Assembly: GCA_965215565.1 (NCBI GenBank)
Contig: CBDCDZ010000004.1
Location: 1,824,001-1,888,000, forward strand
Reading direction: 5' to 3'
DNA length: 64,000 nucleotides
DNA from: Trueperaceae bacterium
GTDB lineage: Bacteria > Deinococcota > Deinococci > Deinococcales > Trueperaceae
Below the pieces are notes generated by a model that was not told the origin of the DNA, made no database searches, and worked only from the letters and a program-made list of their open reading frames with translations. Below, piece by piece: positions 31,630 to 43,563 of this stretch (position 1 is the first letter of the stretch; each line of letters begins with the position of its first letter). A program made the translations under genes and the position numbers.

Positions 31630-31998
31630 TTAGGAGAGATGGGGTCCTAACCGCGCCGCGATCTCTTCTTTCGTCAGTTCGCCCTGCGCAATTTGGACGG
31701 TCAAGTCGTAAGCCTCATGATTATCCACCGTGAGTTCGAAGCCTTCCAACACGAGATAAGTTTCCATCACTGCCCAGGCGACGCGCTTGTTGCCGTCTAA
31801 AAAGGGATGGTTGAGGGCGAGATGATAGAGGTACGCAGCCGCTTTGAGTAGCACGGTCGGATGCAGGGCTTGACCGAAGACTTCCATCTCGGGTTGAGCG
31901 AGCGCACTCTCTAAACCGGACTTGTCCCGTATACCGGGCTCGCCGCTATAAACCTCCAACTGGTCACGGTGAATCGCGAGGACGAACTCGAGTGTCAC
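31630..31998 (-). CDS. Death-on-curing (Doc/Fic) toxin
   Basis: HPFLDGNKR Doc-type motif; GIRDKSGLESAL; overlaps the antitoxin stop. Confidence 0.9.
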   Translation of the reverse strand: MTLEFVLAIHRDQLEVYSGEPGIRDKSGLESALAQPEMEVFGQALHPTVLLKAAAYLYHLALNHPFLDGNKRVAWAVMETYLVLEGFELTVDNHEAYDLTVQIAQGELTKEEIAARLGPHLS

Positions 31999-32240
31999 AC
32001 CAGGGTGTCCTCATCGTCCATCTTCGCCAGCCGCTCGAACAGTTCGTGCCGTTTCGCCTTTACACTCGCGTAAGCAAGTGCCGCTCTCGCCTCGGTATCG
32101 TCACCCCTTTCGGCACGGCTCAGCACCGCCGTTTCGCCGATGAGCGTGAGTTCAACCTCTTCGTCGCCTAGCTGCTCTAAGATACTTTGGGGAAGAATAA
32201 TGCCTTTGCTGTTACCGATCTGGCGTACTTTAAGTTTCAT
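31995..32240 (-). CDS. AbrB/MazE-family antitoxin
   Basis: KVRQIGNSKGIILP and C-terminal ELFERLA; GTTATAAC palindrome upstream. Confidence 0.88.
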   Translation of the reverse strand: MKLKVRQIGNSKGIILPQSILEQLGDEEVELTLIGETAVLSRAERGDDTEARAALAYASVKAKRHELFERLAKMDDEDTLV

Positions 32241-32359
32241 ACTTTAGTTATAACATAGTTCCAACTACGCGAGTTGAGATAAGCGAACCCGGAGGAGACA
32301 GGCTCGAGTTCTACTCAAACCTCGCAACACAGGGCTATACTCGCCTCGGAGGTCACGTC

Positions 32360-32584
32360 GTGCGTAAGAAACTCACTCGAGTCGGCAACTCACAAGCTCT
32401 CTTATTAAGCAAAGAGGTGTTGGGACTTCTCAATATTCCCGAAGAGGGCGAGGTTGAGGTGCAGGTTTTAGGTAACGTGATGCTCGTCAGCCCAACAGGT
32501 TTGGATGAAAACGAGTTACGCGCCGCGCTCGCCTTTGCAGCGTCGCTCAAAGGGGACGCAAAGGTTTACGAGCGTCTTGCCTGA
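32360..32584 (+). CDS. Second AbrB/MazE-family antitoxin-like protein (orphan)
   Basis: KLTRVGNSQALLL...RAALAFA...VYERLA; TATACT -10 box and GGAGG RBS. Confidence 0.8.
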   Translation: MRKKLTRVGNSQALLLSKEVLGLLNIPEEGEVEVQVLGNVMLVSPTGLDENELRAALAFAASLKGDAKVYERLA

Positions 32585-32590
32585 GCCTCG

Positions 32591-33220
32591 TCACGCCTCG
32601 TAGCAACTCCCCAACCACCCCTCCGCCGTGCGCTGCGCCTCACGCGAATAAAGCTGCTCGGTGTCCAATGACACGGGCTGAATCCTGTACCTGTCGGAGA
32701 GCCCTTTAAGCGTAAATGTGCGCCGCGCCCCTACCGGACGAGTGCGGTTGCCGTAAACCGCCACCACGCGCACCTCTAGGCGCTGCTCTGTGACCTCGGT
32801 GAGCCACGTATCGTGTCCGGCCGAAGAGGTGAGCAGCTCGAACATGTTTTCGAACGTGCCGAGCTGAAAAAACTCGCCAGGTTGCAAGGGTCCTTGCCGC
32901 AAGATGTCCTCGATCTGTTTGGGCGTGCTCTCCTGCAGCGAGGTCCGGTTGTAGTCCGTAATCACCGAGCTATGTTCACGTTTATCAATTTGAGCGGCGA
33001 TGCTCACGCATTGAATGTGAATCGGCTCGCTGCTCAGGTTGATGAGCAGGCAGCGGGCGTCTTTGCGGCTCCCCTGCGTCTGGTGGATGATGAGCCGAGG
33101 ACGCCGCTGCCGCTTGTAATCTTGGTAGATGAGTTGCAGATAGATCGCCCATACTAAAAGCGTCGCGACTGAGGTGAGCGCAACGACGATCTCGCTATTT
33201 TGCTGAAGCCAACCCCACAT
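32591..33220 (-). CDS. Hypothetical N-terminally anchored membrane protein
   Basis: One TM, then a basic RQRRPR segment and a soluble domain. Confidence 0.7.
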   Translation of the reverse strand: MWGWLQQNSEIVVALTSVATLLVWAIYLQLIYQDYKRQRRPRLIIHQTQGSRKDARCLLINLSSEPIHIQCVSIAAQIDKREHSSVITDYNRTSLQESTPKQIEDILRQGPLQPGEFFQLGTFENMFELLTSSAGHDTWLTEVTEQRLEVRVVAVYGNRTRPVGARRTFTLKGLSDRYRIQPVSLDTEQLYSREAQRTAEGWLGSCYEA

Positions 33221-33277
33221 CTTGACGGTTCCCCTTTGGCGCTTTCAAGGCGGTAGGACGAGCAATTCGTTGGACCT

Positions 33278-34600
<1,323 letters not shown>

Positions 34601-34775
34601 TTATCTCTTTGAAATTCACAGCGCTCCTACTGCGCTCCATTTAGTGTCTCACTCTAACAAACTGCTGCTTGCATAGACTCGAGCCCACCTAACCGTTTTT
34701 CCTGACTAGCCGAACGGCTCTTTCCAACCCACGTTCTTCACCCTTAGTCGTCCGCAAATACGATAGCATCGAGCC

Positions 34776-36875
34776 ATGCCTCCGCAGCGCCCTAAAAAAC
34801 CTGAAGAAGAGGTCATAAATAGGCGCTCGGAGCGTATGCAGCGACTTTTTAGAAGGCTTTTTCGGCGGCTGCCCTCGTCGGAGACCTTGTCGCTCATTTT
34901 GAGCGCGGTGCTCATCGGCATCTTGACGGGGTTTTCGGCGGTGGCGTTCGATAGGCTCGTGCACACTATGGGCACGTTCGTGCACTATTCGCGGGTCAAT
35001 TTGGGCGTCGTCGGCGGACCGCTCGCGACGGTGCTGATTCCGCTTCTAGGCGGACTTTTGGTGACGCCTGTCGTCGTGCGGCTCTCGCCTGACTCGAGGG
35101 GTTCGGGCATCCCCAGCGTGATGCTCGCGGTCTCGAATATGGGCGGGCGCGTGGCGGGGCGCATCGCAGTGTGGCGACCTCTAGCGACGACGCTCTCCAT
35201 CGGCACGGGCGCGTCGCTCGGCACCGAGGGTCCGGTGGTGCAACTCGGCGCGGCGATCGCGTCCATTGTGAGCAGTATTTTCCGGCTCAACGATGAGCGG
35301 CGCAAGAGCCTCGTGGCGGTGGCGGCGGCGGGCGGCATCGCGGCGACGTTCAACGCGCCGATTGCGGGGGTGCTCTTCGCGCTGGAGGTGATTTTGGGGC
35401 AGTTCGGCAACCGCCACTTCGCCTCGGTGGTCATCGGGGCGGTGATGGCGTCGGCGATCTCGAGAGAACTCCTCGGACCCGACCCTGCCTTCGCCGTGCC
35501 TCTTTACGAGTTGAACAGCCTTCTAGAGCTACCTCTTTACGTCCTTTTGGGCATTGTCTGCGCGGTCGCCGCCATCGGCTTTATCCGCCTCGTCGTCGGC
35601 GGCGAAGACCTCTTAAACCGCCTCGCTATCTCGCCCTGGCTGCGCCCGGCGGCGGGCGGCTTGCTCATCGGGCTGATCGCACTCGCGCTGCCGCAGGTCT
35701 TAGGGCGCGGTTACGATACGACGGGCGCAATTTTAAGCGGACGCTCTATTTTTGAAGGGGGCGAACTCGTCGGCGTGGCGCTGCTGCTCGTGCTGGCGCT
35801 CGTCAAGGCGCTCGCCACGAGCGTGTCGCTCGCGTCGTGGGGCTCGGGCGGCATCTTCGCACCTGTGCTGCTCATCGGGGCGGCGCTAGGCGGCGCGTTC
35901 GGCGAGTTGGCAGCGTACCTCTTCCCTACAATCGTGGCTCAACCCGGTGCGTTCGCGCTCGTGGGAATGGGCGCGGTCTTCGCGGGAACGACGCGCTCAC
36001 CGATGAGCACCATCGTGATGATCTTTGAACTCTCGGGGGGCTATCCGCTCATCTTGCCGCTCCTCTTAGCGGCAGTCATCGCGACGCTCATCGCCGATTC
36101 GGTGGACCCCGAGTCCATCTATCAGGTCATCTTGTCGCGCAAAGGGCTGAGCCTCCTGCGCTCCCGCGAATCCGACCTCTTGCAAACGGTAAGCGTGCGC
36201 GAATTTATGGAGGAGGACATCCCTACTTTGCGCACCGACGACACGATCAAAAACTTGCGTGACGCTTTGGCGAATTCGCATCATCACGGTTTCGTGCTGA
36301 CCTCGCCGGATGACCCTGAGCACATCGCGGGCATCGTGACTTTGTCGGATGTGGAGCGGGCGCGGCGTGAGGGCATCCCGCCGCAGTCACCTCTGCGTGT
36401 GATCGCCCACAAAACCGTGCACTGCGCCCTGCCGAACGAGCCCATCAGCGACGTGTTGGAGCGCATGGCGCGGCTCGACATCGGGCGGATGCCGGTGGTG
36501 GACCCACGTGACCGCAGGCGAGCGATAGGCTTCGTGCGGCAGTCGAATTTGGCGAGGGCCTATTACCAAGCCGTGCGGCGGCACCGGCAGCTAGAAGAGG
36601 AGGAGGAAGCGCGGCGGCTGCGCGACTTAACGGGACAAGAGATCGTCGAGGTGCGCGTGCGCGCCTCCTGTCCGCTCGTCGGTAAAACGCTCAAGGAGGC
36701 GGGGCTCCCCCAAGAGAGCATCGTCGTGGCGATTCGGCGCGGCGGTCAGACGGTCTTTCCGCACGGCGATACGAAATTAGAGCCCGGCGACACCGTCGTC
36801 GCCAACGTCGCGCCGGGGTTCAGTCCCGAGTTTCGGGCGCGCTTCACGGCTCCGGGCTCGAGGACTTGGTTTTAA
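34776..36875 (+). CDS. ClC chloride channel/transporter with a CBS pair and a TrkA-C (RCK-C) domain
   Basis: GSGIP, GTEGP, FNAPIAG, GGIFAP and SIY motifs; CBS domains; C-terminal VVAIRRG...PHGDTKLEPGD. Confidence 0.93.
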   Translation: MPPQRPKKPEEEVINRRSERMQRLFRRLFRRLPSSETLSLILSAVLIGILTGFSAVAFDRLVHTMGTFVHYSRVNLGVVGGPLATVLIPLLGGLLVTPVVVRLSPDSRGSGIPSVMLAVSNMGGRVAGRIAVWRPLATTLSIGTGASLGTEGPVVQLGAAIASIVSSIFRLNDERRKSLVAVAAAGGIAATFNAPIAGVLFALEVILGQFGNRHFASVVIGAVMASAISRELLGPDPAFAVPLYELNSLLELPLYVLLGIVCAVAAIGFIRLVVGGEDLLNRLAISPWLRPAAGGLLIGLIALALPQVLGRGYDTTGAILSGRSIFEGGELVGVALLLVLALVKALATSVSLASWGSGGIFAPVLLIGAALGGAFGELAAYLFPTIVAQPGAFALVGMGAVFAGTTRSPMSTIVMIFELSGGYPLILPLLLAAVIATLIADSVDPESIYQVILSRKGLSLLRSRESDLLQTVSVREFMEEDIPTLRTDDTIKNLRDALANSHHHGFVLTSPDDPEHIAGIVTLSDVERARREGIPPQSPLRVIAHKTVHCALPNEPISDVLERMARLDIGRMPVVDPRDRRRAIGFVRQSNLARAYYQAVRRHRQLEEEEEARRLRDLTGQEIVEVRVRASCPLVGKTLKEAGLPQESIVVAIRRGGQTVFPHGDTKLEPGDTVVANVAPGFSPEFRARFTAPGSRTWF

Positions 36876-37073
36876 GAAACTAGCAATGACAAAGCAATGA
36901 GCAACGACAAAGTCTTTTACTCATTGCACACCGTTTCGCTTCGCCGCTTTGCTCCCACTAGGCGAAAACTTCGTAATCGTTCCTACGGCTAGTGGCTAGC
37001 GGGAGCGCACCACGCGACAGCGTATGCGACTGTACTGCGTAACTAACTCAACTGAATTGCTCCTTGCTTTCAA

Positions 37074-37207
37074 TAGCAGGTATCATCTGGTCTGAGACAC
37101 CCTCATTGTAGAAAACACTGTTTTGCCTTGCGAAAACTCCGTAATTAGCACGCGCTTTGTAAGATGATATCTGCGGCACTCTTTCTCAGTATGTTTTGGA
37201 AGTGCTA
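37074..37207 (+). mobile_element. MITE-like repeat, copy G
   Basis: TAGCAGGTATCATCTGG...AGATGATATCTGCGG...CAGTATGTTTTGGAAGTGCTA. Confidence 0.8.
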
Positions 37208-37254
37208 CAACTTTCGCATGGGTATGAAGACGCTTCTTGACGCGGCCCCAGACC

Positions 37255-37878
37255 TCACGAACCGTTCTTAGCTTTCCACTCCTCGTAGCTCTTTCTGTCA
37301 TCCTCGAATAGCTCCCTCGTGCGGGTGTAGAAACTCCCACCCAAACGCCCGATAGCCCGGAGCTTACGCGGGTCAATCTTGCTCTCTTCCAGTAGGTCGT
37401 CTTGCACATGGAACGAGACTACTTCGCCTAATATGAGCGTCGAGGAGCCGAGTTCAACGAGTTGATGCGTGCGACACTCCATCGCGACGGGCGCATCTTT
37501 AAGACGAGGGACTTTCACAACCTCGCTCGGGCTCGTCTCCAGGTTCAACGCTCCCACCTCGCCCTCGTCGGAAGGAAACGGAATCGAGGTTTCCACCATC
37601 GTCTCAGCGAGGGTTTCGTTCACGATATGCACGACGAACTCGCCCTTCGCTTTGATGTTCGCCAAGGTGTCCTTGTCCTCCCCTTCTCGGCGCTTGCCGA
37701 TACCGATACCTAAAATGGGTGGCGTCGCGCCAAACACGTTGAAGTAGCTGAAAGGGGCGGCGTTCAGGACGCCCGCGCCGTCTTCACTTGTCACCCAAGC
37801 GATCGGGCGCGGCACGACGGCGCTAGTTAAGAGGGCGTAGCGTTCGGCGTTGTCTAGGGAGTCGGCGAGAATATTCAC
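37255..37878 (-). CDS. Flavin reductase-like (DIM6/NTAB) FMN-binding protein
   Basis: VVPRPIAWVTS, NAAPFSYFN, KDTLANI and GRLGG motifs; TACACT 6 nt upstream of the GTG at 37878. Confidence 0.9.
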   Translation of the reverse strand: MNILADSLDNAERYALLTSAVVPRPIAWVTSEDGAGVLNAAPFSYFNVFGATPPILGIGIGKRREGEDKDTLANIKAKGEFVVHIVNETLAETMVETSIPFPSDEGEVGALNLETSPSEVVKVPRLKDAPVAMECRTHQLVELGSSTLILGEVVSFHVQDDLLEESKIDPRKLRAIGRLGGSFYTRTRELFEDDRKSYEEWKAKNGS

Positions 37879-38472
37879 TACGAGAGTGTAACGGGGTGGG
37901 GCGGGGGCAGAGGTGGAGGGAGCGAACAATAGGGAGCAATGAGCTTAAAGCCTTTCACTCATTGCTCGTTGCTTTGAACTCATTGCTTCTTCACCTATGA
38001 AAAACCTTACAGCGCGAGAGCGGACGCGGAGTACCCTCTCAACTGAGCGTTCACCTCCCATTTTGTACCCTAAAATCTTGGTACGCTGATACTGGGAGCG
38101 GACTTGATATCCTACCGAAATACTCGGCTATATCGCGTCTCGTTCTTAGAAGCGTGAGGACATATGTCCTGTTTGACCAGGGGGACAAATATGTTACGTT
38201 TAGCGTAGCCTCATACACGTGTGGCAACGCAAAACGACCGGCTAAGACAGGCACGACTTTTGGGCGTCCGCTTCGCGAAGACGCTCATAGCTGAGCAGAG
38301 GAGGCTCTAAGCTGCACAACCTAGGCAGGCACGTAAAATTCTCTACTTTTTTCCGCCACCCTTCTAGGGATTTGGCTGCTTTTGCTTTTTCTGCAAACAG
38401 CACATCAAACGGTAACGTTATACGCGAAAGGTTTTATTTTATGAATCATCCAAGTAAGGGTAAGGAGGTCTA

Positions 38473-39126
38473 ATGCCTCAACATTTCCCCCCCAACGCGA
38501 ACTCGTTCGCCAAGTGGAGCATCATCGGCGGCGTGATTTTTATCCTCGTACTCGCCACTGCGCTCACCGCGTACGCAAGGACGACGCGCAACCGTGTGGG
38601 CGTCGCCGTGGCGCAGCCCGTCGGCTTTCAGCACTCGCTCCACGCGGGCGAGTTGGGCGTCGATTGCCGCTACTGCCACAACTCGGTCGAGGTGGCGGCG
38701 TACGCGAACGTGCCCCCTACCGAAGTCTGCATGACTTGCCACTCACAGATTCGCGTGGGCGCGCCGCAGCTCTCCGCCGTCTACGAATCGTGGGAGACGG
38801 AGACGCCCATCGAGTGGAACAAGGTCCACGACTTAGCGGACTTCGTCTACTTCAACCACAGCGCGCACATCAACAACGGCGTGGGCTGTAACCACTGCCA
38901 CGGGCGTGTGGACCAGATGTCGGCGATCTGGAAAGAGGAGCCGATGACGATGGGCTGGTGCTTGGAATGTCACCGCGCACCGGAGAAATACGTGCGCCCC
39001 AAAGAAGAGGTCTTCAACCTCGCGTATGAGCCGCCTACGAACCAGCTCGAGCTAGGACGCAGCTTGGTCAAGAGCTATCACATCAACGCAGACGCGATGG
39101 CGAACTGCTCGTACTGCCACAGATAA
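38473..39126 (+). CDS. actA: Alternative complex III pentaheme cytochrome c subunit
   Basis: One TM and five CxxCH motifs; FVYFNHSAH and MGWCLECH. Confidence 0.93.
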   Translation: MPQHFPPNANSFAKWSIIGGVIFILVLATALTAYARTTRNRVGVAVAQPVGFQHSLHAGELGVDCRYCHNSVEVAAYANVPPTEVCMTCHSQIRVGAPQLSAVYESWETETPIEWNKVHDLADFVYFNHSAHINNGVGCNHCHGRVDQMSAIWKEEPMTMGWCLECHRAPEKYVRPKEEVFNLAYEPPTNQLELGRSLVKSYHINADAMANCSYCHR

Positions 39127-39136
39127 TGGACGCCTT

Positions 39137-42100
39137 ATGGATGAACTAAAAACACCTCACGACCCTCTAACCGCCCCCGGCACAAAACTGGACATGGGCG
39201 AAATCCGCGAGAAGCTGGCCAACAAAAAAGGTCAGGCGTACTGGCGCAGCTTGGAAGAACTCGCTGAGACACCCGAGTTCGACGAGTTTATGCAGAAGGA
39301 GTTCCCGCGTCAAGCTGCGCCGATGGTCAACGGTGTAGACCGCCGCGACTTCATGAAGCTCTTGGGCGCGTCGCTCGCGCTCGCTGGGCTGACCTCTTGT
39401 GTGCGCCCCTACCGGCAAGAAAAGATCGTCCCCTACGTCAAAGCGCCCGAAGAACTCATCCCCGGTGTGCCTGTACACTACGCGAGTGCCCTCACGCAGG
39501 GTGGCTTCGCGAAAGGCGTTTTAGTCGAGAACCACCAAGGACGCCCCACCAAGATCGAGGGCAACCCCGACCACCCCGCGAGCTTGGGCGCGACGGACGC
39601 CATCATGCAAGCCGCTACACTCTCCCTCTACGACCCAGACCGCTCGCAAATTACGATCAACAGCGGCAACCCGAGCACTTACACCGACTTTACCGAGACC
39701 TTGACCGGGACGCTCGGTGGCATCGGCGACGGCGCGGGGCTGCACATCCTCACGGAGACCATCACATCGCCTGTGATGGCGGAGCAGCTCGCGCAGGTCT
39801 TGCGCACCTATCCGCAGGCGCAGTGGCACCAGTTCGACCCTGCCTACAGCGACGGCGTCCGCCAGGGTGCACAGCTCGCCTTTGGTGAAGACGTGCAGAC
39901 GCGCTACGACTTTTCGGAGGCGAACGTCGTCCTCTCGCTCAGCGCGGACTTTTTGGGTACGGGCGAGGGCAAGCTCAACTACACGAAGGGCTTCTCGCAG
40001 AAGCGGCGCGTGCGTAGCGCCGAAGACGACATGAACCGCGTGTACGTCGCCGAGAGCACGCCGTCCATCACGGGCAGCATGGCGGACCACCGCTTGGCAC
40101 TAAGCACGCAGCAGATCGAGCAGCTTGCGCGAGCGGTCGCTTCGCAACTCGGTGTTTCTGTCGGAGAAGTGTCCGCACCCGAAGGTGTGCCCGCCGAGTG
40201 GGTAAGTGCTGTTGTCGAAGACCTGCAGAATGCCCAAGGAAGCAGCGTCGTCGTAGCGGGCGACGAGCAGTCGCCACTGGTGCACGCGCTCGCGCACGCA
40301 ATGAATAACGCACTTGGCAACGTCGGGCAGACGGTCATGTATACGGACCCCGTCGTGGCGCGCACGGACAATCAGCTCGAGTCCATGCGCACCCTCACTG
40401 ACGCGATGGCAGCAGGCGAGGTCCAAGCCCTCCTGATGGTGGGCGGCAACCCCGTCTACAACGCGCCAGCAGATTTGAACTTCGCTGAGGCACTCTCGAG
40501 GGTTCCTCTGAGCGTTCACTTAGCGCCCTACTACGACGAGACCTCGGTGCGCAGCACCTGGCACGTGCCCATCACCCACGAGTTGGAGATGTGGAGTGAC
40601 GCAAGGGCGTTCGACGGCACCGTCACCATCATTCAACCGCTCATTGCACCTTTCTACAACGGCGTTTCACCCCACGAATTCCTCTCCGCCGTCTTAGGTC
40701 AACCGGACACGGCGGGTTACGACGTCGTCCGCAGCTTCTACCAGGAGCGCGCCGAAGGCAACTTCGACGTGTTCTGGCGCGACGCGATGTATAGAGGTGT
40801 ATTGCAAGGAACGGCGGCTCAACCCAAAGAGGTCTCTATACAAGGAGATTTCTCAGGGCAGAGCGCCCAAGCTGGGAGCGAAGGTTTAGAAGTCACCTTC
40901 CGTTTAGACCCGAGCGTTTACGATGGGCGCTACGCCAACATCGGTTGGTTGCAGGAATTACCGAATCCCTTTACCAAGCTCACCTGGGACAACGCGGCGT
41001 TCATCAGCCCCGCGCTTGCCGAGCAGCGCGGACTTTCGAACCAAGACGTCGTCACGCTGACTTTCGAAGGGCGCAGCGTCCGCGCGCCGGTCTGGATCAT
41101 GCCCGGTCAGGCGGAGAACGTCGTGACGCTTCATCTAGGTTACGGACGCGAGAACGTCGGGCATATCGGCAACGGCACGGGCTTTAACGCCTACTTGCTC
41201 CGCACGACGGGTACGCCCTGGAACGGTCAGGGCTTACAGATGGAGCCGACCGAGGAGCGCTACCAACTCGTCAGCACGCAGATGCACCACGCGATGTTCG
41301 AAGACGGCGTCGAAGCGCGCCACATCGTTCGGCACGGCACCCTAGCCGAACTCAAGGCGCACCCCGAGCACCCCGAGTTCGTCCACCCCGTCGAGCACCA
41401 CGACTACGACCTCTACGCGGACTACAGCTACCCCGATCACGCCTGGGGCATGGTGGTGGACATGAACACCTGCACGGGCTGCAACGCCTGCGTGACCGCC
41501 TGCCAGTCGGAAAACAACATTCCGATCGTCGGCAAGCAACAGGTTTCGGTAGGGCGTGAGATGCAGTGGATTCGCGTGGACTCGTACTACGGCGGCTCCT
41601 TCGACGACCCCGAGTTCTACCACCAGCCGATGATGTGTCAGCACTGCGAGCAAGCGCCTTGTGAGCCCGTCTGTCCGGTCGGCGCAACCGTCCACGACCA
41701 CGAGGGTTTGAACGTCATGGTCTACAACCGCTGCGTCGGCACGCGCTACTGCTCGAACAACTGCCCCTACAAGGTGCGCCGTTTCAACTTCTTGCAGTAC
41801 GCCGAGTTAGAGGAGACCTCGCTGGCGATGTTGCAAAACCCCAACGTGACGGTGCGCAGCCGTGGCGTCATGGAAAAGTGCACCTTCTGCATCCAGCGCA
41901 TCAAGACGGGCACGCTCAACGCGAGCAACGAAAACCGCGAGATTCAAGACGGCGACATCGTCGTGGCGTGCCAGTCGGCGTGCCCGGCGGAAGCCATCGT
42001 CTTCGGCGACATCAACGATTTAGAGAGCCAAGTCGCGAAAGACAAAGCCTCGGTTCTGAACTACGGCGTCTTAACCGAACTCAACACGGTGCCGCGCACG

Positions 42101-42166
42101 ACCTATCTCGCTAAGGTTAAAAACCCCAATCCCGCGCTCACAAGCGCCGAGTCAGGAGCGCACTAA
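39137..42166 (+). CDS. actB: Alternative complex III molybdopterin-oxidoreductase-like/Fe-S subunit
   Basis: YWRSLEEL, TAT motif RRDFMK, GRPTKIEGNPDHP and C-terminal 4Fe-4S clusters. Confidence 0.95.
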   Translation: MDELKTPHDPLTAPGTKLDMGEIREKLANKKGQAYWRSLEELAETPEFDEFMQKEFPRQAAPMVNGVDRRDFMKLLGASLALAGLTSCVRPYRQEKIVPYVKAPEELIPGVPVHYASALTQGGFAKGVLVENHQGRPTKIEGNPDHPASLGATDAIMQAATLSLYDPDRSQITINSGNPSTYTDFTETLTGTLGGIGDGAGLHILTETITSPVMAEQLAQVLRTYPQAQWHQFDPAYSDGVRQGAQLAFGEDVQTRYDFSEANVVLSLSADFLGTGEGKLNYTKGFSQKRRVRSAEDDMNRVYVAESTPSITGSMADHRLALSTQQIEQLARAVASQLGVSVGEVSAPEGVPAEWVSAVVEDLQNAQGSSVVVAGDEQSPLVHALAHAMNNALGNVGQTVMYTDPVVARTDNQLESMRTLTDAMAAGEVQALLMVGGNPVYNAPADLNFAEALSRVPLSVHLAPYYDETSVRSTWHVPITHELEMWSDARAFDGTVTIIQPLIAPFYNGVSPHEFLSAVLGQPDTAGYDVVRSFYQERAEGNFDVFWRDAMYRGVLQGTAAQPKEVSIQGDFSGQSAQAGSEGLEVTFRLDPSVYDGRYANIGWLQELPNPFTKLTWDNAAFISPALAEQRGLSNQDVVTLTFEGRSVRAPVWIMPGQAENVVTLHLGYGRENVGHIGNGTGFNAYLLRTTGTPWNGQGLQMEPTEERYQLVSTQMHHAMFEDGVEARHIVRHGTLAELKAHPEHPEFVHPVEHHDYDLYADYSYPDHAWGMVVDMNTCTGCNACVTACQSENNIPIVGKQQVSVGREMQWIRVDSYYGGSFDDPEFYHQPMMCQHCEQAPCEPVCPVGATVHDHEGLNVMVYNRCVGTRYCSNNCPYKVRRFNFLQYAELEETSLAMLQNPNVTVRSRGVMEKCTFCIQRIKTGTLNASNENREIQDGDIVVACQSACPAEAIVFGDINDLESQVAKDKASVLNYGVLTELNTVPRTTYLAKVKNPNPALTSAESGAH

Positions 42167-43563
42167 TGGCGGTTAAAAGTCCAAAAACGCGCGGCAGACC
42201 CGTCGAGACCGACCGCGTTATCGCGCCGGGGCAGACGTACGGGAGCGTTGACGACGTTGTCAACAAGCCCATCTTAAAGGGTCCCTTCGCAACACCGATC
42301 TGGTGGTTCGTCGGCTTCGGCGTCGCTTTCACGCTGCTGATGGTCTACCTCTACTCGATTACCACACTCATCATTCGCGGCACGGGCATCTGGGGCAACA
42401 ACGTTCCCGTCGCTTGGGGCTTTCCCATCATCAACTTCGTGTGGTGGATCGGGATTGGGCACGCGGGTACGCTCATCTCGGCGATTTTGCTCCTGTTCCG
42501 GCAAGATTGGCGCACATCTATCAACCGCTTCGCGGAGGCGATGACGCTCTTCGCGGTTGCGTGCGCAGGTCTCTACCCGATTCTTCACTTGGGCCGTCCT
42601 TGGGTCTTCTACTGGCTCGTGCCCTACCCCAACACCTTCGGGCTCTTTCCGCAGTTTCGCAGCCCGTTAGACTGGGACTTCTTCGCGATTTCAACCTACG
42701 CGAGCGTCTCGCTGCTGTTCTGGTACATCGGTTTGGTCCCTGACCTTGCAACCGTACGCGACAAAGCGTCGAACAACTTCATGCGCATCTTCTACGGCAC
42801 GCTCGCCCTGGGCTGGCGCGGCTCGGCAAAGCACTGGCAGCGCTATCAGCGGGCGTACCTGCTCTTAGGTGCCCTCTCGACGCCGCTCGTGCTGTCCGTT
42901 CACAGTACGATTGCGATGGACTTCGCCGTGGCGGTTATGCCGGGCTGGAACAACACGATTGCGCCGCCCTACTTCGTGGCGGGCGCGGTTTACGCCGGGT
43001 TCGCGATGGTGCTCATTCTCGCGATTCCGCTGCGCTACGTGTTCGGGCTTCAAGGGCTCATCACCAAGAAGCACCTAGACAACTGCGCCAAGGTTATGCT
43101 CGCAACGGGTCTCATCGTCTGTTACGGCTATATGATCGAGGTCTTTATCGCCTGGTACTCGGGCGCTGAGGTCGAGCAGTACATGATCGTCAACCGGATG
43201 TTCGGCGAGTATGGCTGGGCGTTCTGGGCGCTCATATTCTGTAACTTCGCGTGTATTCAGCCGCTCTGGTCCAAACGTGTGCGCAGCTCGCAGACCGCGC
43301 TCTTTATCATCTCGATGATCGTCTCGGTAGGGATGTGGTTAGAGCGCTACGTCATTATCGCGATCAGCTTGACGCGCGACTGGCTCCCCTCCTCCTGGGA
43401 CGTGTACAACCCCACCGTGTGGGACTGGTCACTCTATATCGGCTCATTCGGGCTCTTCTTGACCCTATTCTTTCTCTTTATACGCTTGCTGCCGTCTATC
43501 GCCACGAGCGAGATCAAAGAGTTGGTCCACGAGGACGCTCATAGCGCGGAAGGAGGGCACTGA
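42166..43563 (+). CDS. actC: Alternative complex III quinol-binding NrfD/PsrC-like subunit
   Basis: FVWWIGIGHAGTLISA, HLGRPW and WLERY motifs. Confidence 0.95.
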   Translation: MAVKSPKTRGRPVETDRVIAPGQTYGSVDDVVNKPILKGPFATPIWWFVGFGVAFTLLMVYLYSITTLIIRGTGIWGNNVPVAWGFPIINFVWWIGIGHAGTLISAILLLFRQDWRTSINRFAEAMTLFAVACAGLYPILHLGRPWVFYWLVPYPNTFGLFPQFRSPLDWDFFAISTYASVSLLFWYIGLVPDLATVRDKASNNFMRIFYGTLALGWRGSAKHWQRYQRAYLLLGALSTPLVLSVHSTIAMDFAVAVMPGWNNTIAPPYFVAGAVYAGFAMVLILAIPLRYVFGLQGLITKKHLDNCAKVMLATGLIVCYGYMIEVFIAWYSGAEVEQYMIVNRMFGEYGWAFWALIFCNFACIQPLWSKRVRSSQTALFIISMIVSVGMWLERYVIIAISLTRDWLPSSWDVYNPTVWDWSLYIGSFGLFLTLFFLFIRLLPSIATSEIKELVHEDAHSAEGGH

